Below, in pieces: positions 1 to 23,541 of a stretch of DNA of 64,000 nt; the stretch's first letter is position 1; each line of letters starts with the position of its first letter. Made by a program: the position numbers and the translations under genes. This stretch comes from the human T2T-CHM13v2.0 reference genome, Homo sapiens. The stretch is from assembly GCF_009914755.1 (NCBI RefSeq), contig NC_060925.1; one strand, written 5' to 3'. The notes under the pieces were generated by a model that saw nothing but the letters and a program-made list of their open reading frames with translations, made no database searches and was not told where the DNA came from.

Positions 1-33
1 AAACTTCCGTTACTGTGAAAGAAGCTTTATTAC

Positions 34-100
34 CATCTTCCAAAAGAAGGGCATCGGCCAAAAGCTCGTCCTCAGGGAGCAGGCTGCCGTCATCCTCCAT
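34..100 (-). CDS. CFAP74: CFAP74 first coding exon (exon 34-119, including 19 nt of 5'UTR); encodes MEDDGSLLPEDELLADALLLED plus 1 nt; the gene continues beyond the left edge
   Basis: Minus strand: ttttgcag acceptor before 119, cccagcATGG at 100, donor GATG|gtaata after 34; the peptide matches my recollection of the CFAP74 N-terminus, and the position next to GABRD fits. Confidence 0.88.
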
Positions 101-333
101 GCTGGGAGATAGAAATTAGCTGCAAAAGATGATCGCAAAATATAGATCAATAAAATCATAGATTTAAAAGACGGTGAATTAACCATTTCTCTTAAAGAAG
201 GCATTAAGAAAACAAACGACAGATTAGGAAAAAATATTTGCAGCACACACATATCTGACACAAGTCTTACATCTGGAACACATGAAGAGCTCCTATCAAC
301 CACATGAAGTCCAAACTCCAGTTTAAAAGGTCA

Positions 334-3488
<3,155 letters not shown>

Positions 3489-4483
3489 TTAAGTCAATGT
3501 ACCTAGTATAGAGACAGACATTTAACATTGGGAATTAGCACTACCATTTTGCATTGAAATAATGAGTAATTCCGGGTGAAATGTACATAAATGTTGACAT
3601 TATGTATGAGATGCTAAAACTGTAAAATTGTAGAGGACTGTGTTTCATTGCTTAACTTAGCAATCGCTTCAGAATAATTCACTAAAAATATTTTCAGTGC
3701 CTAGCAATGTTTCTTGGATAAATTATTAATGTATCAATGCCAGTAATTTTTTAAACTTACAAAGAAACAATTGCATTTTAAAGTCCTGGGAGGCAGAATT
3801 TTAAGGCATCTTGTAAAATTCCAACAATATTTTTTCCACTTGAAAGAACTGATTAAGCTGCTAGTCTTTGAATGGCAGGATTTTCAGAAACTATTTAGAA
3901 AATGGCCAAACCTATTCAGCTCTGTGCTTGTGAATTCCACGCGGCCTCCGCGACCTCATTTTGCTGGACACCCCGTGGATGTCAGTCTTCTAAAAGGTGT
4001 CATTGCACACACACAGTTCCTCTGAAGATGATCACACTAAACCATATACACTGAGCATCCGGTTAAAGACGGCACTTCCAACAGGCAGCCACCTCTGATC
4101 TCTCCTGAGTCCTCACTAACAACAGGGGGTAGATTTATTGTTTTCAGTACATGAATCTACCAGGGCAAGGGTCATTGGGAGAAACAGGAGCAAAGAGAAG
4201 CGGGAGGTGGAGGGATGAGGGTAGCTGTCCCTGCAGACAGAGGCGCTGGCTGACCCTCTGCAGGAGAAGCTGAGAACAAACCCGACGTCGCCACACAGCT
4301 GTGAAAGGTTCAGGACTGGGCAGCTTCAGGTGGTCCTCCAGTGGGAGCAGTGGGATTGGGAACTGAGAGACCCAGGAAAGCGTGCTGAAGAAGCAGTGGA
4401 AGTTCCACTGTGGTGACATGGCTAGCCAGTGTGCTGGCATCACACTGAAAATCATCAGAAATGCCGGATAGGACTGTACTTTA

Positions 4484-4902
<419 letters not shown>

Positions 4903-5992
4903 TTAAAAACTAAGAACAGGCCGGGCTCGGTGGCTCACGCCTGTAATCCCAGCATTTTGGGAGGCAGAGGTGGGTGGATCACGAGGTCAGGAGATCGAGA
5001 CCATCCTGGCTAACACGGTGAAACCCCGTCTCTACTAAAAATACAAAATTTAGCCGGGTGTGGTGGCGGGCACCTGTAGTCCCAGCTACTCAGGAGGCTG
5101 AGGCAGGAGAATGGCATGAACCCGGGAGGCGGAACTTGCAGTGAGCCGAGATTGCACCACTGCACTCCAGCCTGGGCGACAGAGCGAGACTCCGTCTCAA
5201 ACAAACAAACAAAATGAAAACAACAACAACAACAAACCCAAGAACAACCAAAAAAAATCAAACTAACTTTTTTTGTTTTTGTTTTTGTTTTTTGAGGCAG
5301 AGTCTCACTCTGTCGCCCACGCTGGAGTGCAGAGGTACGATCTCGGCTCACTGCAACCTCTGCCTCCCGGAGTCAAGCAATTCTTGTACCCCAGCCTCCT
5401 GGGCAGCTGGGATTACAGGCACAGGCCACCACGCCTGGCTAATTTTTGTATTTTTAATAGAGACGGAGTTTCATCATGTTGGCCAGGCTGGTTTCAAACT
5501 CAAGACCTCGGGTAATCCGCCCGCCTCAGCCTTCCGAAGTGCTGGGATTACAGGTGTGAACCACTGTGCCTGCCCAAACTCTCTACAGTTTAAGAGAGAG
5601 ACGTCTAAAACACAAGCTTAAGAAGCATTGCGTCAGAAAGAAAGGCAGGAAGCATAAACAGGAAGTTAGTGGAGTTGTCTAGAAACAGACAAAAAACTTA
5701 GGCAAAAAGCAGGAACGGCAGTGGGGACACATTCTAACCGCATGTTCAATTCACCAGGAAGACTCAGCAGCTTCAATTCTGCACTTCACGTTGATTGATC
5801 AGATTATTCACTATGGGAGCTACTTTAAACATACGAAAAAATAGAGAAAAAATCAGATTAAGTGTGTGTAATCTCATGTGGGCTTCTAAGTGGACTGGCA
5901 GTAACAGAAAGAAGGTCTCCTGAAATACTGGCCGGGTGCGGGCGCTCATGTCTGTGATCTCAGCACTTTTGGAGGCCGAGGCGGGTGGATCA

Positions 5993-6292
<300 letters not shown>

Positions 6293-6380
6293 TTACCACA
6301 GCAAACGTCACACTTAAACATTAAAAACATTCCCTTAAGACCGAGAACAAAACAGGGACGCTCTCTAAAACCACTTCTCA

Positions 6381-6773
<393 letters not shown>

Positions 6774-7271
6774 TCAGATAAAATGACTCTACATAGAAAA
6801 TCCAAACAAATATACAGATAAGTTATTTAATTAAAACAACTTAGTAATGTTGCTTGGTACAACTTCAATAATGAAAAGCAAGTATATTTCTATTTATCAG
6901 AAGAAATAATGAGAAAATGAGATTTAGAAAAGCTACCGTTTATAATCACATCAAAAACCATGAAGTACTCAAGAAGAAATACAACAAAAGACACACAGAC
7001 CTCTACAGAGAATGCGAGGAACCCCCTCGGGCAGCATGAAAGGAGACAGACATAAAAATAAATGGAACAAACGACCCATTTCTTCAACAAATAAATGGCC
7101 TGGAGGAAAATAAGGAAGGGGAGGTCTTTAAGTGAAAAGAGCCTCAAGAGACAAGTCGGCCACATGCAACCTGGGGATCTTGTTCAAATCTCGATTCAAG
7201 CAAACCAGCTGTAAAAGACATTTTTGAGACAATTCCTGAAAGTGAGCACAAACTGGCATTAGTTTCCATTA

Positions 7272-7567
<296 letters not shown>

Positions 7568-7978
7568 TCAAAAAAAACAAGAAATTATTAATTGTATTGG
7601 GGTTGATGATGATTTTGTGGTTATGCTAAAAATGAGTTTCTATCTGTCAGAGGCATCTGCAAAGGTTTTTACAGGTGAAATGATATATCGCCTGGGATTT
7701 TCTTTGAAACATGCTAGTCCAGATCTACACGTAGGGAGGGGTAATGGGAGAGGAATGCTGTGAGGCTGATAGTTGCTGAGGCAGGGACGGGCACCTGGGG
7801 CTTCGTATTATCATTCTCTTTACTTTTTTGACTTTGCAATTTTCCATAATAAAAGTTTTTTCTAAAAGAAAGTCTAAATAAATAGCCTGGGCGCGGTGGC
7901 TCACGCCTGTAATCCCAGCACTTTGGGAGGCCGAGGTGGGCAGATCATGAGGTCAGGAGATCAAGACCATCCTGGCTA

Positions 7979-8227
<249 letters not shown>

Positions 8228-8822
8228 TCATGTTCAAGCACTACAAACTCAATGTTGTCAGGAAGTCAGTTCCTTCCAGATTGCTCTATAGATTCCCTAA
8301 AACCCCTATCCAAATCCCAACAGAAATGTGTGTGTGTGTCTACATGCAAGAGCAAGAGAATGAGAAACTCGTCTGGTGAATTTTAAAATGTATATGGAAG
8401 AACAACGGAACAATAGTTTTGAAGGGGGAAGGGGTGCCCCACCAGATATCAAGATTGATTCTAAAGCTGTAAAACTAAGACAGTAGAGTGCTTTGGACAA
8501 GACAAACAGACCAATGGAACAGATCAGAGAGGCCAGAAACAGGCCCCCACGTACTAGCGCTATGCAGGATAGAAGCAGGGTTGCTGAACAGCAGCCACGG
8601 AATGGACATCTTTGTCGGCACCCACCCAAAGATCAGTCTCACGTGGATTAAAGACTCGTATGGGAAAAATCAAAATTCAGCTACAGTGTGTGTTAGCGGG
8701 GAGTCGATGGGGGGTGGGAATGGAGCCTTGTTACTTCAGAATTTCTCAAATAAAACGCTAAAGACATTAGGCACAAAGGGAAAATTGGGTAGAGTCGCCC
8801 ACATTTCAATTAAAAATTTTCA

Positions 8823-9074
<252 letters not shown>

Positions 9075-9269
9075 CTACAGCTTAGGCGACAGAGCAAGAC
9101 TCTGTCTCAAACAAATAAACAAAACCAAATCTTTTGTTCAGATGACATCCTTGGGAAAGTTAAAGAAAACCTACAGGCCGGGCGCGGTGGCTCACGCCTG
9201 TAATCCCAGCACTTTGGGAGGCTGAGGCGGGCGGATCATGAGGTCAGGAGATCAAGACCATCCTGGCTA

Positions 9270-9631
<362 letters not shown>

Positions 9632-9759
9632 CTAACACGCGCATGGGTTCGGAGGACCAGGACATGGGTTTTTTGGGGAAGGGGGAGATCATCCTGCCTA
9701 TGGCACCCTCTGGCTCTGCGATTCCTCTCCCAGGAGCACACCCTACAGAAAATCCCACC

Positions 9760-10145
9760 TGTTGTGTTAGCTTCCCGGGGTCGCCATAACAAAGTACCAC
9801 AACCTAGGTGGCTTCAACAACAGAGTTGTCTCACGGTTCTGGAAGCCATCGTCTAAAACCGAGTTGATGGCAGGGCCATGCTTCCTCTGAAGGCACGAGG
9901 GAAGGGCCTGTTTCAGGCCTCTCTTTTAGCTTCTGCTAGTTCTGTGGCTTGTGGCAGCAAAATTCCAATCTTCATAGGACATTCTCTCTGTGTGCATTTG
10001 TATGTCCAAATTTCTCCTTTTTATAAGGACACCCGTCATACCAGATGAGGCACTCACCCTATTCTAGTATGTCCTCCTCTTAGCTACTTACAGGCATCAC
10101 TGTAAGTCCAAATAAGGTCATATTCTCAGGTCCTGAGGCTTAGAG
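9760..10145 (-). mobile_element. MaLR solo LTR (MLT1-type)
   Basis: Typical 'gccataacaaagtaccacaacctaggtggcttcaacaacag...ttctggaag...ccaaataaggtcatattctcagg' layout. Confidence 0.8.
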
Positions 10146-10319
10146 ACAGCCCCGATGGCCACGGTGCCACTGTGTGGATGAATCTCTCGCACAACCCCGA
10201 GGAGAAAAAGACAGAGGCCCGCCTGATGCTCTTCCTCTCCCCCTTCCCTTCACTGTCACAGTAGGTTCCCTGGGTAGGGCAGGTGGAGCAGGATCCACAG
10301 TGGCCCAGGCTGGGCTGTC

Positions 10320-10446
10320 GGAGCCTGGCTGGGTGAGGAGGGTGAGGGTATGTGGCTGAGGCTCAGAGCTGTTTGCAGGTGCCTGGCTGGGTGAGGAGGG
10401 TGCCGGTGTGCGTGGCTGAGGCTCAGAGCTGGATGTCAGAGCCTGA
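10320..10446. repeat. ~60-bp tandem duplication (2 copies)
   Basis: gcctggctgggtgaggagggtg...gtggctgaggctcagagctg occurs twice in tandem. Confidence 0.8.
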
Positions 10447-10555
10447 GAAGAAAGAGGGCGGCCCCAGGTGTGGTCCAGCAGAGGGTATCAGAGCCCAGGC
10501 AGGAGAAGAAGGTGTCCACCATGAGAGCCTCCCAGGCCAAGCCTGGGAGTGATGA

Positions 10556-10846
<291 letters not shown>

Positions 10847-11550
10847 TGACCTCGTGATCCACCCTCCTCAGCCTCCCAAAGTGCTGGAATTACAGGCGTG
10901 AGCCACTGCACCCGGCCAAAATGCTTGTTAATTACGAAGGAAAAAAGAACTTCCCAGTGGAGATGTTGGCAGATACCACCTTAATCAAGAGCTCAAAGTG
11001 AACATCATCAGTAACGTGACAACGTGACCACTGTGAGCCACTGACTGGATGGAATGAACAGGCCACGGTGTCACCTCTGCGACTTTCCTGTCCGAGACGT
11101 GCAGTGGGAATCTAATCACGAGGACACAGCAGACGAAACCAAATGGAGGGACTTTCTCCAAAGTAATTGGCCCATGACCTTCAGAGGTGTCAGGGTCATG
11201 ACAGCCAAAGCAAGGCCAAGGAATGTTCTGGACTGAAGGGGAATAAAGAGGTATGTGAGAATTCAGTGCAAAGTGACTCTAGGCTGGATCCTTCCACGCT
11301 GGGGCCCTGATGCAATCAACTGGCAAAGCGTGTTTGACAGGCTGAGGGGTAAACACGGCAACAGGCCTGTGTCCTCTCCTGACTCGGGCCATGTGTGGCT
11401 GTGTTGGAGAATGTCCTCGTTTGTGGAAAATACACTCTACAAGGGTGGGGGGCGACAGAGCATCATGAAGGCAACTTACTCTCAAATCCTTCACGAGAAG
11501 TTTTTTTGTGCTGAGCTTGCAACTTTTATACAAGTTTGGGATTGTTTCAA

Positions 11551-12315
<765 letters not shown>

Positions 12316-12799
12316 AGTCAGCCATGGTCAAGAAGAGCGGGTCTGTGAGTGGCATGGGGGAGAGACTTTGGGGTGCTGATGAGGTTCTATTTCTTAACTT
12401 GGGTAGTGGCTACTGATGTTCGATTTATAACCAATCTCTAAGTCGCACATGCGCATTTATGCACCATCGTTATGCAGAGAATATCAGTCCATTTCTTTTG
12501 AACTGTGGGCCCTACAGCAGGCCTGCTTACTACCTCAGTACCTGGCTTATGCAGATAAAAGGAGTATTCCTTTAAGAAAAACAAAATACTAGAGGCAAAT
12601 CAGCTTCCAAAACTAGGTTATACATACTAAAACTAAATGACTTTGGGGCTATGGACCATGCTCTCCTTTTTAGCTAGGCAGACACTCACGAGTCTTAACT
12701 GTTCACCAGACAGGCTGGCCCTTGATTTTTGTTTAATGTTTTTGTAAATGTGTTATAATAATACTTTATTATAACATCTGCTGCAAAGTCAGGGGCGGG

Positions 12800-13450
12800 T
12801 CCCTCAACAGAGGCTGTGCCAGCGCCGGGGTTCCCTGAAACGAACCAGGGACTAGAACTATTAACAAAGTCATTTTTCTGGCACAGCTTTCCGGGAAAGG
12901 CGTTTCATATGGGACGGAGTTCTGCCTCGGGGGCGGGGGTCAAACCCTTCCAGCTCAGCCCCAGGGTCAAACGCATCCGCCCCCACACCCACCTCTGGCT
13001 GGCCTGGGTCCCAGGTTCTCGGGCTCCGGAGGCACAGACACCCCGGGCTGCTCAGGCAGGCGGCGGTCCTTGGCGATTGCCCTCCGCGGCGCCGGCGGCG
13101 TGGTTTGGGGCGGGCAGCTCCATGGCAACGGAAGACTCCATCGTGGCCGGAGGGGGAGCCTCGCCCGTTCTGCTCCCCGGCTGGAGCGGGTGGTTTGGTC
13201 CGACCCACCACCGACCGCCCGGGCCGGGGCCGGGGCAAGGAGGTCGCGGGCCCCGAGGCGCGGCTGAAGGGCCAGGCCACAGGCCGCGGGGCGGGGACGT
13301 CTCCGGGGTCCCAGACAGCCAGGCCTGGCCCAGGGCCAAGCCTTGGAGGTGACAGACAGACCTGGGGGGCCTGGAGGAGCTCAGCACCGGCGCGTTGGCC
13401 CAGAGGACCGGGGCGGGTGCATGATGGTTTGGAGTCGTTTGTCAACCTAA
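12800..13450 (-). promoter_or_regulatory. CpG-island promoter of CFAP74 with GC boxes, an X-box-like RFX motif (GTTGCCATGGAGC on minus, 13117-13129) and an adjacent ETS-like CGGAAG
   Basis: High CpG/GC content; GGGCGG boxes; a perfect CCATGGCAAC half-site, typical of ciliary gene promoters. Confidence 0.8.
12993..13140 (-). other. CFAP74: CFAP74 non-coding exon 1 (5' end approximate)
   Basis: Minus-strand donor CAGAG|gtgggt at 12993 inside a CpG island, with an RFX half-site nearby; the TSS cannot be fixed from sequence. Confidence 0.65.
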
Positions 13451-13574
13451 AAAACTAGGAGGTTTCCCGTGAAAATGGGGATTTTCCTCTTCTCTTGCAA
13501 ATGGAAGATCGGGCTGGGCGCGGTGGCTCACACCTGTCATCCCAACAATTTAGGAGGCCGAGGTGGACGGATCA

Positions 13575-13877
<303 letters not shown>

Positions 13878-13943
13878 TCAGTGAGCTATGATGGTGCCAT
13901 CACACTCTGGCCTGAGCGAAATCAAGACCCTGTTTCAAAATTA

Positions 13944-14456
<513 letters not shown>

Positions 14457-14815
14457 TCACCGGGCCACTCTATGCCAAGAACTGGGCTCACGAGTGAATT
14501 GGACGCGTCCCCTACCCTGGCAGTCTTTCAGCCCGCCATGTGTAGGGCTTGCAGGGTGGCCGGCTCCTGATGCCACAGTGAGGCCTGGGAGGTCCTTTGG
14601 TTTTATCCTGGCCCATAACCTGATCCATCAGAGGCAAGACACCTTGCAGAATGCCCAGCACCCGTGAGAATGGCTGTGGAAAGTAGCTGGGTGACACCAC
14701 AGCACCTCTGCACTCACCCACCTTCCGCAGTGCCAGATCGCTTTCCTCCTCAGAATCTGAGGAATAGAACCAAGCCACCATTACCAGCCCAGGTTCGCTT
14801 TTATAAGAGAGATTA

Positions 14816-15257
<442 letters not shown>

Positions 15258-16198
15258 CTGTCTAGGAAAGAAGGAAAGGACAGTGACAGCCTGAGAACAG
15301 CCCCGTGTCCATGGAACTGGTTGGTTAAGGAAGCTGTGGAACAGCTACACGATGGAGGTCAGCTGTAAAGAAGGTATAAGGACCATTTATTTCTATGTTC
15401 TGCTGTGGAGTGACTCCAGAACATATTGTTAAGTAAAAAAAATTGAGCCAGGCATGGTGGCTTGAGCCTGTAGTCCCAGCTACTTGGGAAGCTGCAGGAT
15501 GGATTGCTCAAGCCCAGGAGTTTGAGGCTACAGTGAGCTATGATTGTACCACTGTACTCCAGCCCTGGCAACATAGTGAACCCCATCTCAAAAAAGAAAA
15601 AAAAAATCCAGCCAGGTGCAGCGGCTCACGCTTCTAATCCCAGCACTTTGGGGGGCAAGGTGGGAGGATCGCTTGAGTCCAGGAGTTTGAGACCAGCCTG
15701 GGCAACATGGTGAAACTCTGACTCTAAAAAAATACAAAAAAAATTAGCCGGCCATGGCGGTGCACACCTATAGCCCCAGCTACTCGGGAGGCTGAGGTGG
15801 GAGGACCTCTTGAGCCTGGGAGATTGATGCTGCCCTGAGCTGTGACTGTGTCACTGCACTCCAGCTTGGGTGACAAGTGAGATCCTGTCTCAAAAAAAAA
15901 AAAAAAATCAAGATGCAGAAAAGTGTGTATAGTATTTATGTAAGAAGGAGCAGTGGCAATAAGAATATATATATATTTTTACATTAAAAAGGTTACTATC
16001 TGGGGCAGAAGGACACAGGAATAGAAAGTAGATCTCTTTAAATGTGCTTACATTCAGTTATAGAACTGTGTAATTAGAAAACCAAAAATAAATCAAAATA
16101 GAAAAGCATCTAAAACTTGGAGACAGAATGAAACAAATGAACCTAATTGTATGGCATGTGGGGGGGTTAGCCATACAAAAAAGGATAATTTTGAGTGA

Positions 16199-16435
<237 letters not shown>

Positions 16436-16624
16436 TGATCTGCCCGCCTTGGCCTCAGAAAGTAACTTTTTCAAAGAGACAATGTCTGGCTCTGTTCCCC
16501 AGACTGGAGTGCGGCGACTCCATCATGGCTCCCCGCAGCCTCCACCTCCTGCGCTCAAGAGAGCCTCCCACCTCAGCCTCCCAAGCAGCGGGGACTACAT
16601 GTGTATACCACCATGCCCAGCTAA

Positions 16625-17047
<423 letters not shown>

Positions 17048-17319
17048 TAATCCCAGCACTTTGCAGGGCCAAGGTGGATGGATCACTTGAGGTCAGGAGA
17101 TCGAGACCAACCTGACCAACATGGTAAAACCCCGTCTCTACTAAAAATACAAAAATTAGCTGGGCGTGGTGGTGGGCACCTGTAATCCCAGCTACTCGGG
17201 AGGCTGAGGCAGGAAAATCACTTGAACCCGGGAGGCGGAGGTTGCAGTGAGCCTAGATTGTACCACTGTACTCTAGCCTGGGCAACAGTGCAAAAACTCT
17301 GTCCAAAAAAAAATTAAAT

Positions 17320-17465
17320 CAAATAAAATGTAAAATTGCATTCCTCAGTGGCAGTAGCCACATTGCAGGTGCTGAGTAGTCCTCTGTGGCCGGTGGCTAC
17401 CCCAGTGGACAGCACAGACATGAAACAAGGACCCTCATTCCTGGGATTGTGCTGGACTACAAACG
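17320..17465. mobile_element. hAT-Charlie non-autonomous DNA transposon fragment (MER3/MER33-like)
   Basis: 'ttcctcagtggcagtagccacattgcaggtgctgagtagt...gtggctaccccagtggacagcacag' resembles the MER3/MER33 end. Confidence 0.6.
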
Positions 17466-17776
17466 GTCACCAGTCCCGGTGCGAGGAGCACACAGACCAT
17501 TGTTTCTTCCTGCCATTTCCCTTGAAAAGAAACCATGGCTTCTTGGAAAAATGACGGATTTCAGACATGAGGCAGAAAACATACAAGATGACCCCAGAAC
17601 ATCTCATCATAACAGCAAGCAGGAAAATTAACACAGATTCTAGTTTGTCTCGGAGGATCCATTTGCCAGTTTGAAGGGGCTTTCACTGGCGAAAGTAAGC
17701 ATCAACTGAGTATCAAAAGGAAAAGTAAATTGCAGTGGATTGAAGCACTTCAAATATATTAGTGTCCACGAGTTCA

Positions 17777-18151
<375 letters not shown>

Positions 18152-18154
18152 TCA

Positions 18155-20230
<2,076 letters not shown>

Positions 20231-20299
20231 GTTGAATACAATTTATTCAAAAAAAGAAAAAGAAAATCACACCAAGATGGCCAGCAGCCAAACTGATGA

Positions 20300-20520
20300 A
20301 AACGAGAAGGAAAAACTCTTTACAACCATGAGTGTAAAGACACACATTTCATAAAGTGCAGCAAAGAAACGGCAGCAAACTTCCTGCGAGAAACCATGAA
20401 GCCAGAAGACAAGAAGCGACTTGGAAGTGCTGGGAGAAGAAATGGCCAGACGAGCCCCAGTGCCAGGACCCCAGCGACCGCGCCCAGGGAGAAAATGACT
20501 TTCCAAAGCGAAGGCAAGTT
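20300..20520 (+). mobile_element. Ancient L1/HAL1 ORF1 C-terminal remnant
   Basis: 'acttcctgcgagaaaccatgaagccagaagac...aagtgctg...actttccaaagcgaaggcaa' parallels the L1 ORF1 DFSxETMEARRQW...SFKNEG region. Confidence 0.6.
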
Positions 20521-20532
20521 GATGCTGTGTGA

Positions 20533-20745
<213 letters not shown>

Positions 20746-21479
20746 TAGTAGAGACGGGGTTTCACCATGTTGGCCAGGCTGATCTCGAATGCCTGGCCTC
20801 AAGTGATCTGCCCGCCTCTGCCTCCCAAAGTGCTGGGATTACAGGTGTGAGCCACTTCGCCTGGCTTAATTTAATTTTGTTCTTTAAATGAAGGTAAGTT
20901 TCTACTTCCAGCCAAGATGGAGTAACAGGGACAGGTTTGCCTCACGCCTGAAACAACTGAAAGACTCAGCAAAATATTTGAGACAACAGCCCCCAAGTGA
21001 TGGGACATGAGGGAGCCAAGGGCAAGATCCTGACAGCGGGGAAATGGGTGAGGTGCGCCCTCCGAGGACACCAGCTACTTGCCTAGGAAGGCGTCCTGGC
21101 CACCACACAGGAAAGGGGAGCCAGGGTGGAAGGGGAGCCAGGGTGGGGCGCGGCCCATACAGAAACAGGGCCATATCGCCAGCATTGCAAACTTTGTTTC
21201 TTCAAAAGATACTGTTGTGAAAATGCATCAGCAGGCCTTAGACTGGGAGAAGGTGTTTGCGAAACATATATCCAACAACAGACATGCACCTAAAATATAG
21301 AAAAAACTCTTAATAATAAGAGAGATTGACAACTTCATTTTTAAAAACATTAGGCTTTTAAAAGATTTGAACAGACACGTACGTCACCAAAAGCTACTCA
21401 AATAAATAAGCACATAAAAAGATGCCTATTAGCCATTCAGCAAATGCGTGCTGGCCAGACGAGGTGGCTCACTCCGCTA

Positions 21480-21925
<446 letters not shown>

Positions 21926-22161
21926 TTAAAGAAAAGAAAGTGCATGTTAAACCCACAATGACATACCTGCACACAGTCATAAAATGGTCAAACTTAAAGA
22001 CTTCCAATGTCAAGTGTTGATCAGCATTGGAGCAACTTAAACTCTCACATACTACTGCAGGGAGTACAAAGTACAGCCACTTTGGAAAGCAGATTGGAGG
22101 CCAGGTGCGGTGGCTCATGCCTGTAATCCTAGCACTTTGGGAGGCTGAAGTGGGCGGATCA

Positions 22162-22482
<321 letters not shown>

Positions 22483-23424
22483 TCAAAAGAAACGAAAACA
22501 TGTGTCCATACACAGACTTGTATTTAAATGTTAAAAGCAGCTTTACTCATAATAGCCCAGAACTGCATATGTCCCAGAGCTCATCAACAGGTAGACAGTT
22601 AAACAAACCGAGGTGTGAGCATGCAATGGAATGAAATATTACTCGCAATAAAAAATCCACCGTTGACATGCACAACGGCATGGGTGGCCCTACAGAGTGT
22701 TGAGCTGAGAGAAGGCAGACACGAACGACGGCTCTGCTAGAAATCCACTACCACACGAGTCACTGCGACACACAGCAGCTTAAAACAGTGTTTATCATCT
22801 CAGCTTTTGTAGGTCTGGGTCCCGGCTCAGTCTCCCTTACAAAGCTGCAGTCCGACGTCAGCCAGGGTCACGGTCACCTCCAGGCTCAGCTGTGGCAGCA
22901 TCCCAGGGTGGCTGTTGGAGTGAGTTCCCTGCTGTCTTGGGGGTGGTGGAGGGGTCTGGCTCTCATGGCTGCCTTCAGTTCCTGGCCCATGAACCTCCCC
23001 ACCTCAGCAGCAACCCAGCACTGGCTTCATCAAAGTGAGTAGGGGCGACAGTGCCCTGAGACCTGAATCACGGCATTTTATAAATGAATCTCAGGATGCC
23101 TCATCACTCTTTTTATTTAACTTTTATTTTTTTTCAAGATGGTGTCTAGCTCTGTCACCCAGCCTGGAGTGCAGTGGCACGATCTCAGCTCACTGCAATC
23201 TCTGCCTCCCAGTTCTCCTGCCTCGGCCTCCTGAAGAGCTGGGATTACAGGCGTGTGCCACTGTGCCCGGTTGATTTTTGCATTTTAGTAGAGATGGGGT
23301 TTTACCATGTGGGCCAGCTGGTCTCGAACTCCTGACCTCAAGTGATCCGCCCACCTTGGCCTCCCAACGTGCTGGGATTACAGGTATGAGCCACTGCACC
23401 CTGCCTTTTTATTATTTGTTTTAG

Positions 23425-23541
<117 letters not shown>

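Noticed and set aside
3520-4030. AT-rich stretch suggestive of a DNA transposon fossil
   Set aside because: I cannot assign a family or terminal repeats by eye
17404-17416. GGACAGCAC RE1 half-site
   Set aside because: Part of a MER3/MER33-like transposon end, with no left half-site
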